Shown here in pieces: positions 16,756 through 27,108 of a stretch of DNA of 41,913 nucleotides; positions within the stretch are counted from its first letter, which is position 1, and every line of letters starts with the position of its first letter. The notes under the pieces were generated by a model. The model saw only the letters and a list, made by a program, of their open reading frames with translations, was not told where the DNA came from and searched no databases. The position numbers and the translations under genes were made by a program. The DNA lies in the NCBI GenBank assembly GCA_964514595.1, contig CAZEQZ010000001.1:1-41913 (forward strand), written 5' to 3'. The DNA is from an uncultured Candidatus Saccharibacteria bacterium (GTDB lineage Bacteria > Patescibacteriota > Dojkabacteria > SC72).

Positions 16756-19700
16756 TGGGCCAAATAAGGTTAAATGAAAATCAGAAGAAGGCAGTAGAGT
16801 ATAAGGACGGAGATCTTCTGATCATAGCTGGGGCAGGTACGGGGAAAACAGCAGTATTAACTCAAAGGATCATCCACATAATTAACAAAGGTTGGGCAAA
16901 ACCATCGGAAATATTGGCTTTAACATTTACTGAGAAGGCCGCTCAAGAAATGCAAGAAAGAGTAGATTTAGAAATGGAATATGGGTATGAGGAGCCAACT
17001 ATATCAACGTTCCATTCCTTCTGTGATCAGATACTTAGGGAGGATGGATATAATATTGGTTTGGATGGCGGATATTCTCTTATGAATGCTGCTCAGTCAT
17101 ATATATTTCTAAGAAAGCACTTCTACGATCTACCTTTAGAGACATTAAGGCCTAGAGGAAATCCCACAAAATTTATAAACGACCTACTTAAGCACTTCTC
17201 CAGACTACAAGACGAAGATGTGTCTTGTGAGGAGTATCTGGAGTATGCGAAGAAGTTACCAAAGAAGACGAAAGAAGAGAGGGAGGAGGATATTAGGGTT
17301 AGCGAGTTGGCAGAAACATATAAAAGATATACCGATTTAAAGATAGAGAATTCGAAATTGGATTTCGGAGATTTAATAATTTCCACACTTCAATTATTTA
17401 GGGATAGAGAGAATATACTTTCTAAATACAGGAAGAGATTTAAATATATATTGGTAGATGAATTTCAGGACACCAACTATACGCAGAATATTTTAGTTAA
17501 TACATTGGTATTGGGTATTAACGGAAAGGGAGGGGAGAAGGAAAGGCCCTTGCTCACTGTTGTGGGGGATGATGACCAGGCGATATACAAATTTAGAGGG
17601 GCTGCAATATCGAACATATTGCAATTCAAGGAAACATACCCTAACGCTATGGAGGTGGTGCTGATTGAAAACTACAGATCTAGGCAAGAGGTCCTAGATG
17701 CTTCATACGCTTTAATTAAGCACAATGATCCAAATAGGTTGGAGATTACGGAAAGTATAGAGAAGAAGTTAATATCTAAGGGGGCTTTTGGGGAAGATGA
17801 TAATCCGGTTAACCTAATTGTTGCCAATAATGAAACTGAAGAGGCAGAGATGGTGGTTGATGAGATACTAAAAATTACTGGATACGAAGGGCAGGTGTCT
17901 GCGCAGGCAGAAGGGCAACTTTTTGATGAAAAAGGACAGGCTACTTTTGTTGATGAGAAGGAGAAGAGATATAAGTTTAAGGATGTAGCTATTTTTGTAA
18001 GGGCTAACGCCCATGCAGATTCTTTCATACAGGCTCTTAGGAATAAGGGGGTACCATATAAGTTAGGTGGTGCAAGGGGCTTGTATTTTAGAGAAGAGGT
18101 GAGGAATTTGATAGCTTTTCTTAATGTTTTGGTTGATTATTCAGATGAAATCTCTATGTATAGGCTAGTATCTATGCCGATATGGAATCTCACAGCGAGG
18201 GAGTATATGGAGCTGAATAAGAAGGCTAGGGCTCAAAAAATAACAATATTTGAATATTTAGAGAACATATGGGACGTGAAATTGGGGGAGGAGGAGATTA
18301 AGGATGAAAGTTTTAAGAATGTAGAGGGGGGAGTTAGAGAGATTTTTTCTTCGGAAGCGATAGCTGGAATGGCTTTGTTGCTTCAAATAATTAACGAATC
18401 AATAGTTAAGGTTAAGGATGGAAGACCTGTTTTGGAAGTTTTATATGATTTTTTAACAAAAAGCTCATATCTTAATTCCTTTGTTAATGAGAATGATTCG
18501 GAAAGTATATTTGCTGTGTCGAATATACATAGGTTTTTTGAGTTAGTTAAGCAGTATGAAAAAGATAATCCTAATTCAAATATATATGAATACGTTGACT
18601 ATCTTAAATACAGTATGGATGTGGGAGATATCCCTTTGGTCGATGAAGGTGATATGGCAGATTTCAACGGAGTAAACATTATGACTGTACATGGATCAAA
18701 GGGTTTGGAATTCCCTGTTGTATTTCTTGTTAATCTTGTTGCACAAAGGTTTCCAGCAATGGGGAGGGCCGATACAATACCTATACCGGAGGATTTAATC
18801 AAAGAAACATTGCCGTATGAAGTTAATGAGAGGGAGGCACACCTACAAGAGGAGAGAAGACTTTTCTATGTTGGAGCCACAAGGGCAATGGAAAAACTAT
18901 TTCTCTCAGCTGCATACTTCTATGGTGATGGCAAAAGGAAAAAGAAACCCAGTATATTTCTTAATGAAATACTGGATAGGGATGTGGAGGAGGAGTTTAA
19001 GCAGAAAGAAGTAAAGAACCTTAGGGAGAAAGGCTTAAGTATGAATGTCGTAGAGGGGGATACATTTGAGGCAATAGTTAAGGATAGTTCGAAAGTGAAT
19101 CTTCTTAGAAGTTTTAGCTATTCACAGCTTAATACCTACGAAAGCTGTCCTAGGAAGTATGAATATTCATATATATTAAGAATTCCGCAGAAACCAAGTG
19201 CGGCACTTTCTTTTGGGACTACGGTACATAATACGTTGAAGGATCTGTATGTTCTCCTTAAAAGATCGAAAGAGGGACTTGAAGGTATAGCAAAAGAGCC
19301 AACAGTTGAGGACTTGCTTGAACTGTATGAGAAGAACTGGATATCTGTGGGATATGAGAGTAGTAAGCATGAACAACTAAGAAAGGAAGAGGGGAGGAAG
19401 ATTATGAAGGAGTATTATAATAATGTATTTAATTCAAAAGAGGCACCCTTAAGATTGGAGGAGAGTTTTGATGTGCACGTTGGGGATACAGTATTTGTTG
19501 GAAAGATAGATAGAATAGATTTGGTTAGAAGGGAGGGCGATATTACCGAAGTATGTATAGTTGATTATAAAACTGGGAGGGAAAAGGATGAGGGTGATGT
19601 AAAGGATGATTTGCAACTTCCTTTGTATGCGGTATTTGCTGAGGAGAAATTAGGGTTTAAGGTAGTGGGTGCGGAGTATATATATGTTGAGACTGGGAAG

Positions 19701-19859
19701 ATTTTGGAAGTGGATATATCTCAGAAAAGGAGGGAATTAGCCAAAGAGAAACTCCTTGAGGTTATAGACAGTGTTAGATCTAGGGACTTTACTGCAACCC
19801 CTGGGTTTGTCTGTAGGTATTGTGACTACAATGCAATATGTGAATATGCAGATTTGTAA
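16755..19859 (+). CDS. UvrD/PcrA-type SF1 helicase fused to a PD-(D/E)XK nuclease with Fe-S cysteines (AdnB-like architecture)
   Basis: AGAGTGKT, VDEFQDTN, VGDDDQAIY, NYRS, TVHGSKGLEF, EERRLFYVGATRA; then SYSQL..YESCP, GKIDRID, VDYKTG, QLPLY and CRYCDYNAIC. Confidence 0.92.
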   Translation: MGQIRLNENQKKAVEYKDGDLLIIAGAGTGKTAVLTQRIIHIINKGWAKPSEILALTFTEKAAQEMQERVDLEMEYGYEEPTISTFHSFCDQILREDGYNIGLDGGYSLMNAAQSYIFLRKHFYDLPLETLRPRGNPTKFINDLLKHFSRLQDEDVSCEEYLEYAKKLPKKTKEEREEDIRVSELAETYKRYTDLKIENSKLDFGDLIISTLQLFRDRENILSKYRKRFKYILVDEFQDTNYTQNILVNTLVLGINGKGGEKERPLLTVVGDDDQAIYKFRGAAISNILQFKETYPNAMEVVLIENYRSRQEVLDASYALIKHNDPNRLEITESIEKKLISKGAFGEDDNPVNLIVANNETEEAEMVVDEILKITGYEGQVSAQAEGQLFDEKGQATFVDEKEKRYKFKDVAIFVRANAHADSFIQALRNKGVPYKLGGARGLYFREEVRNLIAFLNVLVDYSDEISMYRLVSMPIWNLTAREYMELNKKARAQKITIFEYLENIWDVKLGEEEIKDESFKNVEGGVREIFSSEAIAGMALLLQIINESIVKVKDGRPVLEVLYDFLTKSSYLNSFVNENDSESIFAVSNIHRFFELVKQYEKDNPNSNIYEYVDYLKYSMDVGDIPLVDEGDMADFNGVNIMTVHGSKGLEFPVVFLVNLVAQRFPAMGRADTIPIPEDLIKETLPYEVNEREAHLQEERRLFYVGATRAMEKLFLSAAYFYGDGKRKKKPSIFLNEILDRDVEEEFKQKEVKNLREKGLSMNVVEGDTFEAIVKDSSKVNLLRSFSYSQLNTYESCPRKYEYSYILRIPQKPSAALSFGTTVHNTLKDLYVLLKRSKEGLEGIAKEPTVEDLLELYEKNWISVGYESSKHEQLRKEEGRKIMKEYYNNVFNSKEAPLRLEESFDVHVGDTVFVGKIDRIDLVRREGDITEVCIVDYKTGREKDEGDVKDDLQLPLYAVFAEEKLGFKVVGAEYIYVETGKILEVDISQKRRELAKEKLLEVIDSVRSRDFTATPGFVCRYCDYNAICEYADL

Positions 19860-19881
19860 TTGATATTGTATAATTGAGCTC

Positions 19882-20232
19882 ATGGATATTATTCTTAAAA
19901 TACACAATCTTTTTGTAGGTAGGGCATATGCTCAGAGCTTGGGTGGAAGACTTGCTGAGGGGTTAAGTGGTTTGGAAGGGGGGCAGGTCTCTGATGCTCC
20001 TGGATTGGTGGATGCAATTATTGGAATAGCAGTACCATTAGCAGTTATATGTGTTGTTGTGTTGGTAATATATGCTGGATATATATTAATGTCTAGTCAA
20101 GGGAACCCTGACAAATTGAAGGAGGGCAAGGAAATATTAACCAATGCTATCATTGGATTTTTGGTAATACTGCTCTCTGTGGCTATACTTTTGTTAATAA
20201 GTAATAGCTTGGGATTGGGAATATATGGTTAA
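19882..20232 (+). CDS. VirB2/TrbC-like pilin 1
   Basis: AYA processing-like site; TM-AGYILMSSQGNPDKLKEGKEILTNAIIG-TM. Confidence 0.8.
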   Translation: MDIILKIHNLFVGRAYAQSLGGRLAEGLSGLEGGQVSDAPGLVDAIIGIAVPLAVICVVVLVIYAGYILMSSQGNPDKLKEGKEILTNAIIGFLVILLSVAILLLISNSLGLGIYG

Positions 20233-20249
20233 ATTGTTATACCTTTAAC

Positions 20250-20552
20250 ATGGCTCAAACAAATATTAGTGGACTGGGAGATGGTTTAATTAAGTGGTCT
20301 AATCCTTCTTTAGAAGGTTTGGTTAGTGATAAAGGAGCTCAAGCAATTAATTTCTTTATGGCCTTTTCTGCCTTTGTTGCTGTTACAATACTTGTAGTAT
20401 CAGGATATATGTTCATTACATCAGCTGGGGATCCGGAGAAGGTAGAGAAAGCCCAGAAGGGTATAACTGCATCCATAGTTGGTTTAGTAATAGTGCTGTT
20501 AGCTAGACTGATAATGGGTTTTGTATTAGGGTCGATTCTTAAGGTAAAATAA
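20250..20552 (+). CDS. VirB2/TrbC-like pilin 2
   Basis: SGYMFITSAGDPEKVEKAQKGITASIVG between two TM helices. Confidence 0.8.
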   Translation: MAQTNISGLGDGLIKWSNPSLEGLVSDKGAQAINFFMAFSAFVAVTILVVSGYMFITSAGDPEKVEKAQKGITASIVGLVIVLLARLIMGFVLGSILKVK

Positions 20553-20555
20553 TAT

Positions 20556-20593
20556 ATTGCATAATGTGTATCCATTATATATAATTATGCAAT
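20556..20593 (+). promoter_or_regulatory. Sigma70-type promoter inside a 10-bp inverted repeat, upstream of pilin 3
   Basis: TTGCAT (20557-62), 17 nt, TATAAT (20580-85); ATTGCATAAT (20556-65) and ATTATGCAAT (20584-93) are exact reverse complements. Confidence 0.6.
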
Positions 20594-20618
20594 TAATATA
20601 ATATTTAATCGTTAATAT

Positions 20619-20966
20619 ATGAAAATTTCAAAAGCATTAGCAACCGTATCCGCTGTTGGTTCTAACCTATATTGGGCTTCTGTAGTTTTTGCTTCTCCCG
20701 AAGATTGGATCGGAGGTGTGAATGAGGGGGTTACTGGTGACTTAAAGACTTGGGTTTCTCAAGTTATCAATTTAGCTATTGGTTTGGCTGCATTAGTTTG
20801 TGTTGTTGTATTAATTGCTAGTGGATACCTATACATCACAGCTGCTGGTGATGAAGCAAAGGTAGAGAAAGCTACAAAATCATTGACATATGCAATTGTA
20901 GGTCTTGTTATCTGCTTCATATCAGTGATCTTGGTACAGTTTGTACTAAGAAATGTTCTTAAGTAG
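20619..20966 (+). CDS. VirB2/TrbC-like pilin 3 (candidate major subunit)
   Basis: Leader ending VFA; SGYLYITAAGDEAKVEKATKSLTYAIVG; has its own promoter. Confidence 0.82.
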   Translation: MKISKALATVSAVGSNLYWASVVFASPEDWIGGVNEGVTGDLKTWVSQVINLAIGLAALVCVVVLIASGYLYITAAGDEAKVEKATKSLTYAIVGLVICFISVILVQFVLRNVLK

Positions 20967-20993
20967 TAATAAGGATTTTAATTTAATACCCGT

Positions 20994-21269
20994 ATGTTTG
21001 TGGACTTAGATATTCTTAACAATACGGGGTATGAGAATCTGTCGGAATTTGTATTTTTTGTCATAAACTTTGCCATCTCATTCTCCGTAGTAATAGTGGT
21101 CATATCAATTGTCATTTCTGGCTTTAAATTCATACTCTCTTTCGGTGATGAGGATAAGGTTAAGAATGCAACTAAATCTTTAGCATATTCCCTTTTAGGT
21201 CTGGTACTTGTATTTATATCCCCAACAATTATAGAATTTATAATTAATGAGGTTTTAACTATTAAGTAA
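20994..21269 (+). CDS. VirB2/TrbC-like pilin 4
   Basis: SGFKFILSFGDEDKVKNATKSLAYSLLG. Confidence 0.8.
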   Translation: MFVDLDILNNTGYENLSEFVFFVINFAISFSVVIVVISIVISGFKFILSFGDEDKVKNATKSLAYSLLGLVLVFISPTIIEFIINEVLTIK

Positions 21270-21592
21270 TGAAGAAATTTTTAAAATATATATCTATTGT
21301 ACCAAGTTTCCTCTTTGTTACTCCTGTATTTGCGGAAGATCCTCCTAGTTTTGGTAGCGCAGGTGGTTCCTTGGCAAGTATGGTAGATACAATATTGGGA
21401 TACCTTTTTCCACTGGCTGGTCTCATATGTCTAATATTTATAATCCAGGGAGGATATATGTGGATGGTATCTGCGGGAGACCCCGCAAGGGTTAAGCAGG
21501 CTCAGGGTACCTTAACATGGGCTATTCTTGGATTTATATTTGTAATGGTTATACTAGCCTTGCTTCAAGGTGTAATAGAGTTTGCTAGATAA
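21269..21592 (+). CDS. VirB2/TrbC-like pilin 5
   Basis: Leader ending VFA; GGYMWMVSAGDPARVKQAQGTLTWAILG. Confidence 0.8.
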   Translation: MKKFLKYISIVPSFLFVTPVFAEDPPSFGSAGGSLASMVDTILGYLFPLAGLICLIFIIQGGYMWMVSAGDPARVKQAQGTLTWAILGFIFVMVILALLQGVIEFAR

Positions 21593-21981
21593 TGAAAAAT
21601 CACAAATACCAAGCAGAAAATTTTTTTAAGAGTCAGGGACATGCAAGAAATGGTATTAAGCTTATCTTTAAAAACGAAAGAAATTTCCGAATAGATTTGA
21701 TATTTGCTTTGGTTGTTGTAATAGCTGGTTTCCTATTTAAAATATCCCATACAGATTGGATAGCACTTAGTTTAGTTATATCCATGGTATTCATTTCCGA
21801 GACAGTTAATAGTGCAATAGAGGCACTTTGTGATACTGTATCACTAGAGTATAGGGTGAATATTAAATATGCAAAGGATGTTAGTGCAGGAGCTGTTTTA
21901 GTTAGTGCTATAGTTTCTGTAATTACTGGATTAATAGTATTTCTTCCATATGTGATAGAGTTTGTAAAAAATGTAATGTAG
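21592..21981 (+). CDS. dgkA: Diacylglycerol/undecaprenol kinase (DgkA family)
   Basis: ERNFR, ETVNSAIEALCD and AKDVSAGAVL motifs. Confidence 0.88.
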   Translation: MKNHKYQAENFFKSQGHARNGIKLIFKNERNFRIDLIFALVVVIAGFLFKISHTDWIALSLVISMVFISETVNSAIEALCDTVSLEYRVNIKYAKDVSAGAVLVSAIVSVITGLIVFLPYVIEFVKNVM

Positions 21982-21999
21982 TAATGGTATAATGCTGTT

Positions 22000-23880
22000 A
22001 TGTCAAAAGTGCCCCAAATAATCATAAATATATTTTTTGTAGTAATACTTTGTATATACAGTGTATCTGTGTTTAACTTTCCTGTGTATTCCAATGATAT
22101 ACAGAGTTTAGAGGATGAGATATCAAAGAAGGAGCAAGAGTTAAAAGAGAAAGAGGGTGTACTTAAGAGTGTGGAGAGTAGGATAAAGCAGATAAATAAT
22201 AGCAATTATTCTATATCACAGAAGATATCTTTAATTAATGAAGAGATTTCCACCTTAGAAAAAAGTATAGAGGAAACAGAGGGGGAGATAGAGGCTAAGG
22301 TTTTAGCAATAGAGGAGAAGCAGGGACAACTAGAAAAAACAAAGGTTATGATAGATGAGATTTCTGGAGATTTGTATATACAGAGTAGGTATAAGATGAG
22401 TAATTTTTTGTTTAGTAAGGAGAGTTGGAATAATTTAGTAGAGAATATATTTATTAGAAAGAGTACGATATCCTTTTTAAGGTCTGAGGTGGAGAAGATA
22501 GGGGGAGAGTTTAGTTCATTGGCAGAGAGTAAGGCAGATTTAGATAAACAGATGGATAGTTTGGATGCACAGAGGAAGGGTTTGGATGATGCGTATAAGT
22601 TACTTGCAGATGAGAAGGCTAAGTTACAAGCAGAATTGAGTAAGCAGATTGCTAGTAAGAGTGGGTTGAGTTCGGAAATAACGGATTTAACAAAGAAAGT
22701 ATCTCAATTGCAGGCTGCATTGATAGCTGCGAGGAGTGCAGGTTTAGTATCTAGTGGTGGTTCCGTTGGGACAGTCTTGGGGACATCCATTTCGCAAGCA
22801 CCTTCAGGTTATTTTGGAGTGTTTTCGATAGGGGCATACACACATAGGAATGGTATGAGCCAGTGGGGTGCAAAGGCAAGGGCAGATGCAGGGCAGAATT
22901 ATCGTAAACTTATAGAAGTATATTACCCTAGTGCTACTTTTACTTCCAATTATACGGAACCAAAAGATATTATTGTAAGAGGATGGGGTAATAGTTGTTA
23001 TATACAAGGGTATGATAGTGGTGGTTATCCAATATATAGGAGGTACTACGATGAAACAGTCGAATTTTCTGTTTATATGAACAGAATATATGAAATGCCT
23101 GCAAGCTGGAATATTGAAGCCCTTAAAGCTCAGGCAGTTGCAACAAGGACATATGCTTTGCATAAAATTAGGACTCAAGGATATATTGTTCCCAACGAGA
23201 GCAATCAAGTATATAAAGACTGTGATAATATCTCGGGTTGGCAGGATGCAGTGTCCCAAACTAAAGGAGAGGTAATGTTGATAAGCGGACAAGTTTTTGC
23301 GAGTGAATATGCTGCCGTGCACGGAGGTTGGGGTACTGCTACTGGTTGGGATACCAAAAGTGGAGGAAATGATTGGTATAATGACTCTTGGGAAAAAGAA
23401 TCGGGTGTAAATTGGTTTTATAGATCCTGGTACATAAATGGATCCGGTTATTCGGGAGAAACATGTGGCCGTTCTCCGTTTCTTTCTCCGGAAGAGATGA
23501 TGATAATAATTAATGCCTATCTTGTTCAAAGAGGAGAGGGACTAAAGTACTCCGCAGACTTGTCTAGATTACTTCCAAGTGATTATGGAAAATGTCCCGG
23601 AGGAGCTAGAAATGATGATTATAATAGAACTGATAAAGTCCCTTACAGTTTACGAGAATTACAGGAACTACTTTTAAATCCTGTAACTTCCTTTTCTCCT
23701 CCATCAGTAGGAGTGGTCTTTGGGAATGGAGTTACTGACAATGTAGTTTTCTATACAAATCGAGGGGTTCTGAGTATTCCTGGGTTATCGTTTAAGAGTA
23801 TATACAACCAAATGGCTCCAGGACATATGAGAATCCAGCAACAATCTCATTATGCATTTTTCAATGTAGAGAGGAAGTAA
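22000..23880 (+). CDS. Coiled-coil plus SpoIID/LytB-domain peptidoglycan lytic enzyme
   Basis: Signal/TM, about 210 aa of coiled coil, then HRNGMSQWGA, EMPASW..EALKAQAVATRTY and QVY motifs. Confidence 0.85.
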   Translation: MSKVPQIIINIFFVVILCIYSVSVFNFPVYSNDIQSLEDEISKKEQELKEKEGVLKSVESRIKQINNSNYSISQKISLINEEISTLEKSIEETEGEIEAKVLAIEEKQGQLEKTKVMIDEISGDLYIQSRYKMSNFLFSKESWNNLVENIFIRKSTISFLRSEVEKIGGEFSSLAESKADLDKQMDSLDAQRKGLDDAYKLLADEKAKLQAELSKQIASKSGLSSEITDLTKKVSQLQAALIAARSAGLVSSGGSVGTVLGTSISQAPSGYFGVFSIGAYTHRNGMSQWGAKARADAGQNYRKLIEVYYPSATFTSNYTEPKDIIVRGWGNSCYIQGYDSGGYPIYRRYYDETVEFSVYMNRIYEMPASWNIEALKAQAVATRTYALHKIRTQGYIVPNESNQVYKDCDNISGWQDAVSQTKGEVMLISGQVFASEYAAVHGGWGTATGWDTKSGGNDWYNDSWEKESGVNWFYRSWYINGSGYSGETCGRSPFLSPEEMMIIINAYLVQRGEGLKYSADLSRLLPSDYGKCPGGARNDDYNRTDKVPYSLRELQELLLNPVTSFSPPSVGVVFGNGVTDNVVFYTNRGVLSIPGLSFKSIYNQMAPGHMRIQQQSHYAFFNVERK

Positions 23881-23900
23881 GGGCCAGACCCTTTAACTTT
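23879..23900 (+). terminator. Weak candidate intrinsic terminator
   Basis: AAGGG-CCAGA-CCCTT followed by a T-rich tract at the SpoIID-like gene stop. Confidence 0.3.
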
Positions 23901-23927
23901 CCCTTATTCTATGGTATCTTTACCTAT

Positions 23928-24548
23928 ATGGCTAAAAGAGAAAATCCCAACCAAGTACCCAAGAAATTTAGGAAGTTGAAAAAATCCTTTCTTCTGCACC
24001 TACAAGAAGATAACAACAGCTTCTTTCAATCATTCCCAACTGGCTTAACCTTCTACGGAAAGGAAAAAGATGAAAATGTTGTACTAATAGTTAGATCTCA
24101 TTGGATTATATATTTACCATATGCTGTAATATCTTTTGTAATACTTGGTATTCCAATACTCATGCAGTTAATAGTATCAGATCTCTCGAGAAGTACAGCC
24201 TTTTTTATTGGGGTATTTCTCGCCTGTTTAACAATATCTATAACTGTAATTATATATGCGTTTGTAAGATGGTTTTACAATGTAAATATAATTACAGATA
24301 AGAGGGTAATAGACCTGGACTTTACAAGCGTGGTGTCCCATACACTCTCCGAAGCTAGACTTGATAAGGTAGAGGATGTGACACATAAACAGGTGGGAGC
24401 ACTCGGAAGTCTCTTTGATATAGGTACTGTATATATACAAACAGCAGGTGCTACTGCTGAAATAGAGTTCGATAATATACCTAGACCCAGAGATGTACAG
24501 GATATTCTGTATGATCTTTTGGAGTCTAAGCAGAAAGGAGAAATATAG
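23928..24548 (+). CDS. Membrane protein with a bacterial PH (bPH_2) domain
   Basis: VRSHW, two TMs, IITDKRVID, VEDVT, and FDIGTVYIQTAG motifs. Confidence 0.8.
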   Translation: MAKRENPNQVPKKFRKLKKSFLLHLQEDNNSFFQSFPTGLTFYGKEKDENVVLIVRSHWIIYLPYAVISFVILGIPILMQLIVSDLSRSTAFFIGVFLACLTISITVIIYAFVRWFYNVNIITDKRVIDLDFTSVVSHTLSEARLDKVEDVTHKQVGALGSLFDIGTVYIQTAGATAEIEFDNIPRPRDVQDILYDLLESKQKGEI

Positions 24549-24811
24549 TGGATATAGATGACTTTTTAAACAACCTAGGAGGAAGTAGTAGCATACTCTC
24601 TTTTGATATACTTTCTCTCCTTAAGCTCCCGATAATATTGGTGTTAATAGGGAATATCCTTTTCTCTCTATTACTTTTTTTGAGAGTAAGAATTCTTGCT
24701 GATACATTCAAGACCCCACAAAACAAAATAGTAAAGACAATCATACTCCTGTACATGTTAATAGTATTGGTAGGGACTTTACTCTCTTTGTTGTTTGTAA
24801 TTCTTACGTAA
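24548..24811 (+). CDS. Small 2-TM hypothetical protein
   Basis: 87 aa, GTG start overlapping the upstream stop. Confidence 0.7.
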   Translation: MDIDDFLNNLGGSSSILSFDILSLLKLPIILVLIGNILFSLLLFLRVRILADTFKTPQNKIVKTIILLYMLIVLVGTLLSLLFVILT

Positions 24812-24813
24812 AT

Positions 24814-27096
24814 ATGAAAATAACTGCTCAACAATACATATCCAATAGCAAGGAAGGGGAGTCCTTTGTAAAGGTCTTTAGACATTTTTTCAGTAGTACG
24901 GATAAAAAGGTTAATAAACAGGGAGATATATATGCGTTATTGAATATATCCTTTCAGAAGGGAGTGAATGCAGAAAGAATATCCAAATTTGTATGGGATA
25001 GTGTTGTTGACGGCTACCTCTATTCCACATCATCCACAACGAATGAATCTCTAAAGGATGCTATAGAGGAGGGAGTAAAGAAGGTTAAAGAGTTGATGGC
25101 AAATGATACAGAATTGGAGAAGGTTGGGATAGATATTAGCTTTACGATTGTTCTTGTTAAAGATGAGGGAGTATATGTGGGAATATTTGGAGAAAATGAC
25201 ATATATACCTACAAGGAAGGATCTTTTGTTAATGTGTCGGAAATATTAAAGGAGAAAAGGGCTAATACCGCAGGTATAGCATTAGGTAATAATGATGTGT
25301 TAATGATTTCCTCTTCTGGGCTTCTGACAAAGAGTGTATCTCGTTTATCAGTATTAACGGCCAAGAAGGAGTATATGAAAATGTTGGACGCAATAGGGGA
25401 GAACTTGGAAGGTAGTAAAGCACTTCTATATTTTGTTGAGGGAGTGGAGGAGAGAGCAGAAGTTAAGCAGAAAAAAACGATAATTCCAATAGAGAAGGTT
25501 AGAAGTAGCGCAGAGAAAATTTTAAAGCCGATGGCTCGAGTAGAAAAACTCAAGGAGAATGATACTACGAAAAAAGAAAAGGGTCTGGATAGTATAAAGG
25601 AAAAGGTTAATTACGAGGAGAATATGGCTAAAGCAAAAAATATGTATGAAAAAATTAGTAAAAAGATATCGGTGATTTTAAAAAAAATCGGAGACTTTTT
25701 GGGATCTAAATGGGAAATTATTAAGGAAAAGATAGTTCAAAACTTGGGAAAAAAGAGATGGTATAAAAAGATAGCTTCTAGATTCTCGCAAATGAGTATT
25801 GGAAGAAGAAGGCCTGTGGGAGTAACTGGTATGAGGATAGATGATTACAAGGTAAGGGATTTGAGAGGGAAGAGGTTTAAGATTTTGGCAACATTTGTCG
25901 TAGTAATAGTTCTACTCACACTAGGGATCAATTTCACTATTAAAATGAGACATGCTAGGGAAATTAGTAAACTGGCAAATGATGGATTTGTAGAAGTAGA
26001 GGATCTTTTGAAGAAGAGTGAAGATAGTTTTGTGTCTGACAGAGCATCTGCTGAGACCTTCCTTTTTCAGGCAGAAAAAAGGCTAGATGAAATTCCTCAA
26101 GATCTGAGTGAGAAGGATATGGAGGAATACTTATTGCTAGAAGAAAGGGCCTTAGGAATAGGAGACTCATTGTATAGGAGGGTAGGATTTACGGATAAAA
26201 ATGGTTTAAGTAATTTCGTTGATTCGAGGCTTTCTTTTGGAGAGGGCTCTAATGTTGTGGATATGGCAACATATTTGGATAATAGTGGTAATGAATATCT
26301 AGTTGTAGCAGATCGAGGGAGAAAGGCTGTATACAGAGTCTCTTTGTATGATAAAAGTGTTATGGCATTGCCGGATAACGACGGTTTGGTTACCATGCCT
26401 GAGCATGTGTATGTTGGTACAAAGGGAGTGTATGTATATGACACAAGGGAGGGTATGTTGAAAGCTTCCTTTGATGAGGAATCATGGTTTGGCTCCTTTG
26501 CCATATTATCAGGATTGGGTGTTGGAGACGTAAAAAGTTCTAATATTGCAGAAATGACGGTTTGGACTCTCTCTGATAACATATACTTCATGTCTGCAGA
26601 TAGGAAGTCATTACTCAAATCAACCCCAGCATATGGTGATAGATATGGTCTAGCCTATGCATATCTGAACGACGATAGATTTGAAAGTGCGACAGATATG
26701 ATAGCTGATTTGAGCATATATGTAACAGTTCCAGAGGATCCGCATATTATACGTTTTAATTATAGTTTTTTTGAAAGCAAATATATCGAAGCTCCTCTAG
26801 GTGTTCTGAATTTTGATGGGGATTATGGGAAATTGGACAAGGCATTCACGGGAGATAGTTTAGACTACGGTTTATACTTCTTTGATTCTGCAGGAAGAAG
26901 GCTTCTGAGGTTTGAAAAACCAATAGAATCAGGTGTTGATGCTAGACATCCAAATCAGATATCCCTATTAAATCAGTACGTTTACAGGGGAGAGAAGGAT
27001 TCTGTGTTGGCAGATGTAAAGAACTTTGTTATAGATTCAAAAGAGAGTAGTGCCTATATCTTAGATGGTTCAGTAATCTGGAAATTGGGGTTGTAG
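24814..27096 (+). CDS. Large bitopic protein: possible degenerate PP2C-like N-domain, TM, extracellular beta-propeller-like domain
   Basis: 760 aa; alpha/beta N-terminus, basic linker, single TM near aa 355-375, C-terminal YLVVAD/VYVYD/IYF/LYFFD/AYILD strands. Confidence 0.6.
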   Translation: MKITAQQYISNSKEGESFVKVFRHFFSSTDKKVNKQGDIYALLNISFQKGVNAERISKFVWDSVVDGYLYSTSSTTNESLKDAIEEGVKKVKELMANDTELEKVGIDISFTIVLVKDEGVYVGIFGENDIYTYKEGSFVNVSEILKEKRANTAGIALGNNDVLMISSSGLLTKSVSRLSVLTAKKEYMKMLDAIGENLEGSKALLYFVEGVEERAEVKQKKTIIPIEKVRSSAEKILKPMARVEKLKENDTTKKEKGLDSIKEKVNYEENMAKAKNMYEKISKKISVILKKIGDFLGSKWEIIKEKIVQNLGKKRWYKKIASRFSQMSIGRRRPVGVTGMRIDDYKVRDLRGKRFKILATFVVVIVLLTLGINFTIKMRHAREISKLANDGFVEVEDLLKKSEDSFVSDRASAETFLFQAEKRLDEIPQDLSEKDMEEYLLLEERALGIGDSLYRRVGFTDKNGLSNFVDSRLSFGEGSNVVDMATYLDNSGNEYLVVADRGRKAVYRVSLYDKSVMALPDNDGLVTMPEHVYVGTKGVYVYDTREGMLKASFDEESWFGSFAILSGLGVGDVKSSNIAEMTVWTLSDNIYFMSADRKSLLKSTPAYGDRYGLAYAYLNDDRFESATDMIADLSIYVTVPEDPHIIRFNYSFFESKYIEAPLGVLNFDGDYGKLDKAFTGDSLDYGLYFFDSAGRRLLRFEKPIESGVDARHPNQISLLNQYVYRGEKDSVLADVKNFVIDSKESSAYILDGSVIWKLGL

Positions 27097-27108
27097 TATA
27101 ATAGTCGA

